This document shows positions 1 to 12,294 of a stretch of 51,552 bases of DNA, piece after piece. This DNA is from Octopus bimaculoides (lineage: Eukaryota). The notes beneath the pieces are model-generated. The model was given only the letters and a program-made list of their open reading frames with translations, had not been told where the DNA came from and did no database searches. Position 1 is the stretch's first letter, and each line of letters starts with the position of its first letter. A program made the position numbers and the translations under genes. The stretch is from positions 141,188,697 to 141,240,248 of the forward strand of contig NC_068982.1 in NCBI RefSeq assembly GCF_001194135.2, read 5' to 3'.

Positions 1-629
1 ATGTATGTATGCGTTTATATATGCATGTAGATTACACGTGACGGACAGGAGACATAGAGATATCTGTGAAAGTAAATGTGTATATACTTCTGCTCACGCT
101 CATACATTAATACACACACACACACACACCCACACACACACACACACACACACACCCACACACACACACACAAGCCTGTTGATGTATATAGATTCATATG
201 GGTGTTTATAACATCATGCAACAGTCTACTCTGTTAGAGCAATGTAATTTAAAATTTGTGTAAATTGTTAACCACGTATATGTATTTATTTATTTCTTAT
301 ATAATTTACTATTTTAAATATCACGTTGACACTTCTCATGTAATATCATTAATGTCTATTATTATTTGTATTAGTAAAAATATTACTTTTGTTGTTATTA
401 TTTTCCCAAAGACTTTACTGTTGCCGTCATAATTATCAATATTATTATCATAGATATTACTTTCTTGGCTTTTTTAAAAAAAATTATTATTAGTGCTTTA
501 TTTCATTTTACAAGTATTCTACCAATAGGTTTTTAGGTAAAGAAAATATATATAACATGACTTTCAGACAGCTTTGAAATGTCAGGAAATTTTATTGAAT
601 CTAATCATGAAATAGCTCAAAGACCAACG

Positions 630-663
<34 letters not shown>

Positions 664-1289
664 GTGTGNNNNNNNNNNNNNNNNNNNNNNNNNNNNNNNN
701 NNNNNNNNNNNNNNNNNNNNNNNNNNNNNNNNNNNNNNNNNNNNNNNNNNNNNNNNNNNNNNNNNNNNNNNNNNNNNNNNNNNNNNNNNNNNNNNNNNNN
801 NNNNNNNNNNNNNNNNNNNNNNNNNNNNNNNNNNNNNNNNNNNNNNNNNNNNNNNNNNNNNNNNNNNNNNNNNNNNNNNNNTGGTACTTATGCGAAGGCA
901 CCCGAATATCGCATCCCAAAAGGATGGGTGATTAAAATCAAACAATAAGCAACAAGGATTTCAAAAGTGATTGCAGTACGCACGTTTCATGCTACTTCAA
1001 TTTATTTAAGTAATGTGAGCATTACGTTAAATGCAATATGAAGAGCGATCTTCAGCTGCACGAAAATGTAGAAAATGTAGAAAAAAGACATATTATAAAT
1101 GTGGCAACATATTAAATCCAAGTGGGAGAGAGCATATATAAAATCCAAATATGAGGAAGAATATATAAGTCCATCTTGACATAGCGGGGTCTATCAGGCT
1201 AGTAATTGATTCTAGACAAAAGTTTTAACTGTCTCAGAATTCTATTGTTTCTTATCTGGTGTTTGTTTGTCTGTTTCTGTGTGCGTGTG

Positions 1290-1480
1290 CGTCAAGAGCA
1301 GTTGCCCATTGATTAGGGGGCTGCACTTGCAATCTTAGGATCGATTGACTGTGGGTTCGATTTACGTACCAGATAGAAACATTGTGTTCTTCATTGAACG
1401 TTGCTCCACTCCATTCAGCAGTAAATATTTAAAACGATAACAAACCAGCACTCCAATCACTAGGTAAAGTCGGTGCGCCC
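1290..1480 (+). mobile_element. Degenerate tRNA-derived SINE (family D head)
   Basis: B-box-like GGGTTCGATT followed by ATTGTGTTCTT...GTTGCTCCACTCCATTCAGC; similar to the element at 46540-46690. Confidence 0.5.
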
Positions 1481-1727
1481 GCTTAGTAGCCGGGCTGAAA
1501 GTATGGGAGGTCGCCCACTAGCAGACCATTTATAATAAAATAGTGGATCTCTTATCATATAGTATTATAGTTAAATGTTTTAAAACAATGTTGCTATATT
1601 GAATACAGATAAAATGTATGGCTATTCAGAGGGTTACTAAGAATAATATATTTACACAAGTATAGAAATTTATGGACATTTTTGAGTACATACCAAACTT
1701 TTACCATAATAGAGGGAGGAAACGAAA

Positions 1728-1772
1728 GACACCTGAATAAGGATGGGCGTGTATCAGCCGAAACGCTGTGTT
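1728..1772 (+). ncRNA. Degenerate minimal type I hammerhead ribozyme in a PLE-like terminal repeat
   Basis: Helix I GACAC/GTGTT; core CTGAATA (G8 to T); helix II GGATG/CAGCC with one mismatch; GAAA; helix III ACGC (one change from palindromic ACGT). Confidence 0.5.
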
Positions 1773-2930
1773 AACAACAAACAAGAATAGGACAAGTATC
1801 TGTCGAATGTAAATAATGTAGCAATAAGAACGTCTTCAACACCTCGTTTCGTTTTCTTTTGTATGATCGCTAAGCTAGATCTTCCTCATTGTCAGATATG
1901 AGTTTTCCCTCTACTGATACAGCGCAAGCTTCAGTGATGTCAATGTGAAATACTAATGAGAATATGTCGTAACACATACCTTATCATACACGTTTAAAAG
2001 TCTCAAACGAATTCGTAGTATTCTCTTTCCATCAATTTTAAATATTCTTTGTCCAGGGTACAACAACTACGCGATGGAAGCATACAGATTCACTCTTTGG
2101 TCCATACCGATCGCCACTTCACTTTTTCTTGACAAGTTGTTTTCCAGACCCACACTATCAGGTCCTAGATTTTTTCTTACAGGAACATGCCTAAGATCAC
2201 CGCATGTATCTTGCATTACGTTCAGGCATTGTGTTCCAGAACATTCCCATATAGATATTAAACACGTCGGTCTTCCCTGTTCTACTGGGAGATGCTGCGC
2301 TCTATCCTTATGAAGTTCGATAAAGCTGACTATGAAATATCACCTAATTGGACTTTCCTTCAAATAAAGGAAAAGAATCATAAATAATATTATGTCTACA
2401 TCTCATGAAATATCTTGCACTCTTTCACTTCTTCATAAAAATAATTATGATATTTTTGTAGAGTTGAAAACCACTCAAGACCGACTTCATGTTCACCAAA
2501 ATTGGGCTCTTGGTTATGAGAAAGACAGTGCAATAAATGTTGTTAAATCGCTACACAAACATAGCATTTCATACTTGTCTTTTATCTGAATATATTAACA
2601 AAACATTTCGCATATGGGGGTGACTAAGAGTTTCCTTTTTGCCGTTAAATCTCAATCCCTATCGCTAAGACCACCAGTACTGCGGAATAGTATCCCCTTT
2701 CATATATTTCCTGCATATATTGATTTATATTGTTAAAGGCACATTAAATGCATCAGTTTCACAAGTTTCGCTGCGCCTGTAAAGAAAATGAGCATTGTTT
2801 ATCTTCAGGACGAAACAAGTAAAACTAAGAATGTTATAATCGTTGATATGAAAATGCTGGAATAGCAAAAGCCAACGAAATATTCGTTGTTCAGACAAAA
2901 ATTACGTACATTTGTAACACCAGAGCAGCC

Positions 2931-3450
2931 CCAGAGTGGTTGACATTGGGTAGGACAGTGCTGTGCCTGAAAAATATCGAAAAAGCAATACAGTAGACAA
3001 TTACAAGCCGATATCCTGTTTGCCAGTTATGCGGACGTTATTGACTGGAATACTCGCAGAGGCAACGTACGAACATCTGTAAAGAAATGGAGTCCTTCCA
3101 CATGAGCAGAAGGGTTGCAAGCGTAAATGTAGAGGTACCAAGCATCAACCCCTGATAGACAAAGTTGTACTTAGGATCTCCAAGAGGAGGAAAAGTAACT
3201 TAGCCATGTCATGGATCGACTATCGTAAGGCGTACGATATTATCCGACATTCTTGGATTATGGAGTGTATGAACTTATTTGGTATTGCATCGAATGTTGA
3301 GCGATTGCTCGGAAAATGTATGGCGAATTGGAGGACGGACCTGGCAGCATACAGAAGTTTAGGGACAGTAGAAATTAGGAGGGGCATCTTCCTAGGAGAC
3401 TGCCTGTCCCCACTGATCTTTCTTTGAGCGATATACCATTAACGTTAGAA
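2931..3450 (+). pseudogene. R4/Dong-clade non-LTR retrotransposon reverse transcriptase fragment
   Basis: Translates with frameshifts and stops as [63 protein letters not shown], matching R4-type RT motifs. Confidence 0.9.
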
Positions 3451-3877
3451 GCAGCGGGTGTATAATTAAGGGTCGTTTATCAATTTTGACCAACCTAACC
3501 TACTATTTCGTTTAGTTTTCTGCGTATTTCTAGTAATTAATTCTAAATTTTAAAAATGGAAATGACGATTCTCAAATTTGAAAGCAATAAATAATTAGTA
3601 AATCAATTCTTTAAATTAATATGAAATATTACTTTTTGAAATTAATGTCCTTTTCTCAATTCAGTAGGATACAGTCACACCTACGCTTATCTAAGCCATG
3701 ATCACATAACCTAAATCAAAGCATTGCCATTACAACTTCCACGTCATGCCCTGCAATAAAAAAAAAATATCGACATGATAATCAGCTTGTTGATACATGT
3801 GCTATTACTAAACGCATTATCATTATAGCATATCTGTGAAAATTAAATCACTATAGGAGAATGAATTCTTTTCTCCG

Positions 3878-3997
3878 CTAGGCACGAGGCCCGAAATTTT
3901 GGGAAGGGAGCTAGTCGATTAGATTGACCCCGGTGCGCAACTGGTACTTAATTTATCAACCCCGAAAATGTTAAATGGCAAAGTCAACCTCGGCGGC
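3878..3997 (-). mobile_element. tRNA-derived SINE, family B
   Basis: AGTCGATTAGATTGACCCC...CTGGTACTTAATTTATCAACCCCGAAA...GGCAAAGTCAACCTCGGCGG; related copies at 7700, 12140, 19095 and 40830. Confidence 0.8.
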
Positions 3998-4149
3998 ATA
4001 TAGTTGAATATATTCATACACGTTGTGGTTGGAAATATTGGTTATGCTATAGCAGTGTTGAAAAAATATCACTTCATCAACAGCCGTGGCAAAATATTTG
4101 CAAGACATTTACTACCGCCCGGTGGAAGGATTCTCCTGACGGATACACG

Positions 4150-4420
4150 ATACGGAGTTATAACCCAAATGTGTATCAAGGTTTAAAACAAGGAATTCTG
4201 TGGGATTAATTCATTAAGAACAGACATTCGGGGTAAGAATAGAAGAGCCAATGTTCTTTGGGATAACGATCAAATGCCATACATTGTTGTCGATGTTTGC
4301 TGGGCAGTAGATATGAATATACCATCAAATGTCCCCGAAAAGGAGAACATCTATGGCGAACGTAAGAGTAGGTTCCAGCTCTTCAACTCTCACAATAAAT
4401 TTCACTTTCCGATCATCATG
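4150..4420 (+). pseudogene. R4/Dong-type restriction-like endonuclease (RLE) fragment
   Basis: NKEF..RTDIRGKNRRANVLWDNDQMPYIVVDVCWAVDMNI...EKENIYGE...FQLFNSHNKFHFPII resembles the (R/K)PD..W..I(V/I)(D/E)...D.N...EK..Y RLE pattern; the PD motif is mutated. Confidence 0.7.
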
Positions 4421-5303
4421 TGTTGAAATTTACATACAAAATGAAACAAACGAACAAAAAAAAAAAACTAGAAAGGGCAGTAGAAACAAAAGCGCATTCT
4501 TCAAATCCAGTCTATTTGCGGTACTGTGGAAATTTATAACACTTTGCAAAGTTTCTTCACTTGAGAATCACTAGATGAATACATGCCAATTTTCGGGTGT
4601 GACCTGCGACAGTTCAAGAACCTCTCCAATCCACTCCTACGGGAACACCCTCACGTCAAAACGTCTTGTTAGCGTGTGCGTATGTGTGTGTGTGGTTTTC
4701 TGTGTTTGTGTCATGTATATATATACACAAACGTATATAATCATGCAAATAAGAACTTGAAATTATATAACAGAGTTATCATTACGTATACCATTTATAT
4801 TTCTCCTAGATATATTTATTGTTTGGTTCTCATTGAATCTGCGCGAAAATGAAATAGTATCACATGCTAAACTTCATTCCTGATACATCAAGATATACCA
4901 AAGGCTTACATAACAATAATCATAATCACATGCGTAACTGGATATAAATTTTCAAATTACTTGTGTTATAAATTCTCATTGCTATGCCAGACAATTGCAT
5001 TTTTATACGAACAACTTAGATGAGGAACACATTTTTAGAAATTAAATCGACTGCGGCAAATAAATTATAGTTGTGATTCTAATTCTCAGCTTCTATTTTG
5101 CACCTTCATCGTCTCAGCCATTATCTTTGGTTACCCGTCCTCCTCCAAACATATATCACTCTTTGATATGCCAAATATTATTGTTGCCATAGAAAAGCTG
5201 CATTAAATTTCTGCATTCAGAGATCGATATAAGTTTTATTTATTTCTGTTATTATAAAATAAAACACTACCAGAATTAGAGTAATTTATTGCCTGTACTG
5301 TAA

Positions 5304-5306
<3 letters not shown>

Positions 5307-5356
<50 letters not shown>
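5307..5356. repeat. (TAT)n microsatellite
   Basis: Perfect trinucleotide run. Confidence 0.95.
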
Positions 5357-6025
5357 GGTATTTTTGTTTGCGTTTTGAGTGTTGTTGATGCTCTTCTTGC
5401 AGTTAGTCTTCTTTTATATTATCATTATTGATGTCTTGTTTTAACAATTTTTCTCTTTTCTTAATTTCATTTCAGGACATTCTAAAATTTGCTCATACGA
5501 TCATTAAATTTGTGATTTTAAAAAAAAATCTGTTTCTTTGTATTTTTTAAAGTATTATTCTTGGAAATTTAACTGGAAAGTTCATACTTTTTTGCAATGG
5601 AATTGCAATTGCAAACACACATATGAAAAGTAATCATTGATAAGAAAGAATAAAAGAAAATCGTGCAAACTTTAAAAATCGATTTACTGAAATCTCAATT
5701 GTACACACTGAAATAATACGATTACATAATACAGCTCCGTAAAACAAAAGTTGTTGATATATTTCTATGTCTGTTTCATGAAATATTCCTTTAACATGCT
5801 TACATTAATAGGGTAAAGCTAAATTCGCTACACAGTATAAATTCTATTTTGAGCATATCAATCTTTGCGGATGAAAGTTATTAAAAAAGGATAGTGATAA
5901 CTCGATAGTGTTTCAAGTATTATCAAATTAGAAGATGAATTATGGTAGCAATGATTAAAGAGGAAAACAGAATTTTAAGTTGCGAAGTTGTAAAAATATA
6001 CTGCACAAAATGCTGCTGACTGAGA

Positions 6026-6065
6026 AATAGACGACGTTTTGGTCAGTAGCCTTTCATCAGCTATT
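6026..6065 (-). ncRNA. Degenerate minimal type I hammerhead ribozyme (probable PLE 3' end, about 6000-6270)
   Basis: Minus strand reads AATAG CTGATGA AAGGCTACTGACC AAAA CGTCGT CTATT: helix I AATAG/CTATT, intact CTGATGA, GAAA changed to AAAA at a CpG, ACGT palindrome followed by C. Confidence 0.55.
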
Positions 6066-6294
6066 GAAATTTGTGTGAGATTGTTAGTAGAAAAAAGGAA
6101 AGACAAGAAAGATGTTCGATGAAAGGTATATCATCCGCGAAGATCAAACAGCGAGCAGGGTAATGAATAAGTTGTTTGTTTATACAAGCGTGATATGTTT
6201 GGTTGAGAGAGAGGTGACCGTGACAAATGGAATTATGTAACTTAGGAAGACGGTCCAAGAAGATGAAACTACTGATATTAGTCAATCAAACGTA

Positions 6295-6560
6295 ACGGAG
6301 TCATTCGTTGGCTCACTCCATACCATCGGTACAGCAAAATGCTTTCCCTTCCGTTTTCCATTCAGCCACTGTGTAAACCATGAGTAACACACGGTGCAGC
6401 ACCTATGATGTACCCACCTGCTTTACACCGGAAATAATATTTATTGGCAATCCTTAATTTAGTGTCAATGTTCCTCCTCTGGTCACGTGGAGCAAATTTT
6501 CCACAGATGTAAAGGTTCTCTGGGTGGTTAACACAGCCTCTCCTATGTATGTTCCAATAC
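6295..6560 (-). pseudogene. Chapaev3-like (CMC) DNA transposase N-terminal relic
   Basis: RRGCVNHPENLYICGKFAPRDQRRNIDTKLRIANKYYFRCKAG, then after a frameshift QWLNGKRKGKHFAVPMVWSEPTN. This matches the C.N.PD.FCYICG...QWLNGKR.S.PFAVPMVWREP.NH signature; the family name is from recall. Confidence 0.7.
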
Positions 6561-6764
6561 AATGAACACAGTTAAAACAATAATTATGCAGACCGAGAGT
6601 CACACATACCACACTTGATGGCATTGCAAACGAAACTAAGATTCACCAAGAACAAACTGAAGTATTTGGCTTTGCACACAATACGTCAGTGCCATCCATT
6701 GCTAAAATAAATAATGAAGTTGTGAATGTTTATTGAGCGAAAGCACCTAAAGTCCCACGAGTCT

Positions 6765-7016
6765 CCGGCAGGGGCTGGTGACGAACCCTGTTGTGCTCTT
6801 GCACCACTACCTTTTTTTCACTCTTGTTTTTGTTGTACATGTACTTCAAAGGGCCAGCCTTGTCACACTCTTTGTCACGCTAAATCTCCCCGAGGACTAC
6901 GTTAAGGGTATGCGTGTCTGTGTAGTGCTCAGCCACATGCACGTTAAGTTCTCAGGCAGGCTGTTCCGTTTATCGGATTAACTGGAACCCTCGTCGTTGT
7001 AACTGACGGAGTGCCA
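6765..7016 (+). mobile_element. SINE family C
   Basis: CCTTGTCACACTC...CACGCTAAATCTCC...CACATGCACGTTAA...GGAACCCTCGTCGTTGTAACTGACGGAGTGCCAAA; homologous to 12295-12550. Confidence 0.75.
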
Positions 7017-7699
7017 AAGAAAGAGTTTCTTAACTGAAAATTGTTTAGAAATTATTTCTCTGATATGACACGTTTTGATCATATACGGTATTACTGCGTA
7101 CAACATTTCTCTGTACTTAAAGATAAAGATTAATACAAGATACTGAGACGTGTTTCGGTCATCTTTAACCATGAACATATAAATTAAATGCATATCTGAA
7201 GGATAATTTGCTGCTTTCTTTTTCAAATGTTAAGCTACTTTGGAACAATTGATATATTAAATTGGTCGCATAACATGAAAAAGAAGAATTGATAATATGC
7301 AATTTGTTATATTTGGAGTATTTTCAAAGACATTTGATATTACTTTTGGAAAGTAGAATGTCAGACCTTCTATAAAGAAAGACATCTGATAAATAGCTTT
7401 ATTACTTCATAAGAATATTTAAAAAAATCAAACACGAAAATGATGGGTATATTTTGGAATAATTGCTTCATGTTTGTTTCTACATTACGATGTAAGCATG
7501 TGGTAATGTTTAACGGTAAAAGGTTCCTGTTTTAATGTACTGCTTTGTCTCCTTGTACATAATGGTAGAGGGTATTGTTAATAATTGTTCGTGTTTAATA
7601 AATTTCTCTAGTTCCATTTAATGCTTTTCACATTGCAAATCCACCAAATGTTTGAAAGATACCGATGTGTTCGAAATATATACGAATCTATTTCATGGC

Positions 7700-7835
7700 T
7701 TCAAGGTTTGGCACAAAGCCAGTAATTTCTGCATAGGGATAAGTCGATTACATCGAAGCCAGTTTTCATATGATATTTATTTTCTCAAGTCCTTAATTAG
7801 GAAGGGCAAAGTCGACTTCGTCTAAATTTGAACTG
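7700..7835 (-). mobile_element. SINE family B, degenerate
   Basis: TAAGTCGATTACATCGAAGCCAGT...GGGCAAAGTCGACTTCGTCTAAATTTGAACTGAGAAC. Confidence 0.7.
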
Positions 7836-7951
7836 AGAACATAAAAAAAAAACTGACGAAATGACGCAAATCATTTTGCCCGGTTTGCTAGCGATCCTGC
7901 CACTTCGCCACCTGTATGTATTCATGTATTAAATGCTTTTGCAATACATAA

Positions 7952-8128
7952 TTTTACATATGTTTTAAAAATAACATATGCATTCATACTACGCACATAT
8001 GCAAGATAAAAAGTACATTATTTAGAGGGCATGATTGAAGTTTTGCGGTTTTATTTTTTATTTTATTTTTCTCTGTGGTGGGATTTTGACTTTAGATGTT
8101 AATGTGTTTAATATAACTTTGTCACCAG
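7952..8128 (+). repeat. Diverged direct repeat, copy 1 (copy 2 at about 9347-9531)
   Basis: Shared blocks ACATAT.TTTT.AAAA.TAACATAT.CATTCAT and TTTTCTCTG..TGGGATTTTGACTTTA.ATGTTAA.TGTGTT.AATAT. Confidence 0.8.
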
Positions 8129-9346
8129 NNNNNNNNNNNNNNNNNNNNNNNNNNNNNNNNNNNNNNNNNNNNNNNNNNNNNNNNNNNNNNNNNNNNNNNN
8201 NNNNNNNNNNNNNNNNNNNNNNNNNNNNNNNNNNNNNNNNNNNNNNNNNNNNNNNNNNNNNNNNNNNNNNNNNNNNNNNNNNNNNNNNNNNNNNNNNNNN
8301 NNNNNNNNNNNNNNNNNNNNNNNNNNNNNNNNNNNNNNNNNNNNNNNNNNNNNNNNNNNNNNNNNNNNNNNNNNNNNNNNNNNNNNNNNNNNNNNNNNNN
8401 NNNNNNNNNNNNNNNNNNNNNNNNNNNNNNNNNNNNNNNNNNNNNNNNNNNTGGGGAGAGGGGATCATGAAGAGGTGGAGATTGGAGTAGCAAGTGAAGC
8501 GATAACAGATGGAGACTGCAAAAGTGATACGGAGTGCGCCAGTGATGCGGAAGAGGCAGAATCGAAGAAAGGCAGAAGGAAGGCGGCAAGTAGGGAAGTA
8601 ACGGGTTTGTAAGGCCCAAAAGAAGCATATAAGGGGAAAACAAGGGAAGGATCTGAAAGACCAGCAGCAGAACCAGATAAGACGCCCAAAAAGGTAAGGA
8701 ACCACTTATATTCAAACATACGCAAACGATAGAAACAGAACAAAAAGGTCGAGAACCAGTACAAGGGACTGAAGAGTACAATTTTTTAAATAAGGTATTC
8801 GTAGTATATTACGAAAAGAATGTAGATGAGGAAGGGATTAATAAGGGCGTAACTACCCAGAGAAGATTTGAAGGAAGAACAAAAGTATGTACTATTGAAT
8901 GAGGATAGATACGACACATTTACAGAAACACATACAAGGCATTTAATTTCACTTAACGGACTGGTGTGGTTAAATGTCCCACCACCCATAATTCAACATA
9001 AAAAGGTGAAACATTTAAAAGCTTTTATAAGATGAACATTAAAAAGAAAAATGAGGAAGTGAACTTTAAAAAAGTAAAAAAAAAACTGTACAGAATAATG
9101 TCTAAACGTGACCACTCGACTTCGGGGGTCGAGTGGGAATTGTGCCTCATTTTATCATTTTCATATTTCCATTCGTTCTTTTTATTTTCCTTCTTCATTC
9201 GATTTCTTTCTATATTTTTATTTCCCCCGATTATGTGTCCTGTAAAATGTTGTAATGGCCCATCTATATTTGGCCCCTTGTGGGTAATAAATAGTCAGGA
9301 CATTAGTGTTGCCTTCATAGAGGTTTCTCCTGTCTGGTTGCTCTTC

Positions 9347-9531
9347 TTTTACATATTTTTTTAAAATTAACATATACATTCATTTTGCTTGCATATCCAA
9401 AAAAAAAATAGCGTACATATTTATTTGGAGGGTAGGATTAACATTTTTCGTTTTTATTTTTATTTCATTTTTCTCTGCAATGGGATTTTGACTTTAAATG
9501 TTAAATGTGTTCAATATTATTTTATCATCAG
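9347..9531 (+). repeat. Diverged direct repeat, copy 2
   Basis: Collinear match to 7952-8128. Confidence 0.8.
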
Positions 9532-11297
9532 ATTTATATTCAAATTACTTCCAAAATGTTATCTTGCATCATGGCCCTGTACTTAATCCCTACCTATTTC
9601 TCTAACTCTGTATGTGTTTCTATTATTTTGTAGTTGAATACTTGCCTGCAGGTTAATATTTCTGCACTGTATTTCTTGAAACGTTTTGCACCTGTATGTT
9701 TATGTATTGCAAAGCATTTTATTTCATGTTTATATTAAAAGAAAGTAATATTTTTGCGATATATTCAAACAATATTTCAAAAGTGACTTTAATATCCACT
9801 GAAATGATATTGTTTCGGTTGTCTAGTTTTAGTTTCTTTTGCAGGCAGACAAGTTTTCATCAACTTTATAATCCGAATCACTTTTCTCTGCGTTTATTCT
9901 CTACATTATATCACTTTGACACGTAACAAGATTTTATTCTCAAAATCACTTCGACTGCTCTTATATGTTTTATTTTCTCTCAAGTTCACTATATGATCAA
10001 AAACTTCATTGCTAACGGAGATTAAACCGATCCGTTCTCGTCAATGTTTACTCCATGAAAGTTTATTTCTCCTCACATAGTAAAGAAAAGCATCAGTTGA
10101 CGATATTCTTTTCTTAAGAGCTTACGTACACTCCAACAAAATAGTCTTTTAATTAAAATCATGTCAGTTTACCATTCAGTCGAGGAAGGTAAATATAATG
10201 AAAAAAGAACACTTAAGCAACAAAAATGTACTTTATATCTTTGAGAAATTACTTCGACTGAAAGAAGTGTTTTATTTTCTGCAGAAATATATTTAGAATC
10301 TTCGGCTCTGAAAATCGGATATAGTTCCTATCCCATCTGNNNNNNNNNNNNNNNNNNNNNNNNNNNNNNNNNNNNNNNNNNNNNNNNNNNNNNNNNNNNN
10401 NNNNNNNNNNNNNNNNNNNNNNNNNNNNNNNNNNNNNNNNNNNNNNNNNNNNNNNNNNNNNNNNNNNNNNNNNNNNNNNNNNNNNNNNNNNNNNNNNNNN
10501 NNNNNNNNNNNNNNNNNNNNNNNNNNNNNNNNNNNNNNNNNNNNNNNNNNNNNNNNNNNNNNNNNNNNNNNNNNNNNNNNNNNNNNNNNNNNNNNNNNNN
10601 NNNNNNNNNNNNNNNNNNNNNNNNNNNNNNNNNNNNNNNNNNNNNNNNNNNNNNNNNNNNNNNNNNNNNNNNNNNNNNNNNNNNNNNNNNNNNNNNNNNN
10701 NNNNNNNNNNNNNNNNNNNNNNNNNNNNNNNNNNNNNNNNNNNNNNNNNNNNNNNNNNNNNNNNNNNNNNNNNNNNNNNNNNNNNNNNNNTATATACTAC
10801 ATATAAGCATGTAAATTACACTTATATATAAACCTACATACGTTTACATGCACGCATATATGGGATCCAATGTTTATATGTAGGCAAATAGACATGTGTG
10901 TTCACGTATATATGGTTATTTCGTCTCTCATCCTTATCGGAATTTCTTCTCCACGGAAGGCGCTTTTTGCAGGCTTTCAGTTACCAGAAGGAAAGGTGTT
11001 ACATTGTTGCACTTTATACATTTAAATGTTCTTGTACGATATTACAGATTGTATTTGTAAAAGGGATTTAGCTAGACGCTTTCTTTCCATAAGTTCCTAG
11101 ATAGCTTTTCTAGCATTTGGATAAGGTTATAATTAGGTATTTAGCAATGTAATCGAGCGCTCTAAATATTGTTTGTATTATTGTGACTTTAGAGTCTTGG
11201 TGGATAAATGACAGATTTATAATACCGGGAATAAAATATTCCTCTTTAAAGTGAAATTCAACATAGGAGATGCTATATGCATGATAGATTTAAAGTA

Positions 11298-11330
<33 letters not shown>

Positions 11331-11367
11331 GGTAAGGTCAAACATTTTTTTAAGTGTCTGAGGAAAA

Positions 11368-11783
11368 TACTTACTCTTTTACTCTTTTAATTGTTTCAGT
11401 GATTTGACTGCGACCATGTTGGAGCACGCCTTCAGTCGAGCAAATCGACCCCAGGATTTATTATTTGTAATCCTAGTACTTATTCTCTCGGTCTCTTTCG
11501 CCAAACTGCTAAGTTACGGGGTCGTAAACACACCAGCATCGGTTATCAAGCGATGTTGGTGGGACAAGCACAGACACACAAAAACACACATATATATATA
11601 CATATACATATAGATATATACGATGGGCTTCTTTCACTTTCCGTCTACCGAATCCACTCATAAGGCTTTGGTCGGCCCGAGGCTATAGTAGAAGACACTT
11701 GCCCAAGATACCACGCAGTGGGACTGAACCCGGAACCATGTGGCTGGTAAGCAAGCAACGTACCACACGGCCACTGCTACGCC
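11368..11783 (-). mobile_element. Full-length composite tRNA/CORE-like SINE (family A) with internal microsatellite
   Basis: On the minus strand: GGCGTAGCAGTGGCCGTGTGG head, B-box-like GGTTCAGTCCC, CTTGGGCAAGTGTCTTC core, TA/TG microsatellite, 3' half, and a (GAGTAAAA)n tail. Confidence 0.9.
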
Positions 11784-11949
11784 ATATTGGCAACCAATAT
11801 GAAACACTGTTCTTGAAATAATATTTGTAATTTTTAGTATTTCTAACACAAACTACCTAAGTATTAACAAAATCAATGTCGGTATTTATGATGTAAATAT
11901 TAATAGTTTCAAATTTGGCACACGGCTCAAAAGGAGAAAAGGCAAAGAT

Positions 11950-12135
11950 TATCATCATTTAACATCCATTTTCCATGCTGGCACAAGTTGGGTGATTCAA
12001 CAGGAGCTGGCAAGGCTGGAGCGCTACATTAGATTCCAATTGTCTGTTTGCTATAGCTTCTGTTGCTGGATAACCTTCCAAACAGCAACCGCTTTATACA
12101 TCGTACTGAGTTCTTCTTACATAGTACCAGCACAA
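11950..12135 (-). mobile_element. Degenerate 3' end of a common octopus LINE/SINE (RTE-like tail)
   Basis: ATCATCATTTAACATCCATTTTCCATGCTGGC...GGATAACCTTCCAAACAGCAACC resembles a recalled abundant repeat end. Confidence 0.45.
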
Positions 12136-12139
12136 CATA

Positions 12140-12255
12140 GGCGGGGGGCTAAGTCAGTTCGATAGCCTCCAATATTCAACTGGTATTTAGTTTATCGACT
12201 GAGAAAGGATGAGAGGCAAAGTTGTCTTTGGCAAAATTTGAAATCAGAACATAAA
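12140..12255 (-). mobile_element. SINE family B
   Basis: GGGGGGCTAAGTC...CAACTGGTATTTAGTTTTATCGAC..GAAAGGATGAGAGGCAAAGT..AATTTGAAATCAGAAC. Confidence 0.75.
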
Positions 12256-12294
12256 GATGGATTAAATGTCGCAAAGCATTTCACGGCTCGCGAT

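Noticed and set aside
2040-2310. GC-richer patch possibly from a transposase C-terminal Cys-rich domain
   Set aside because: No frame gives a coherent Cys/His pattern.
4610-4680. CAAAACGTC next to a TG repeat as a hammerhead end
   Set aside because: No CTGANGA core or helix I partner.
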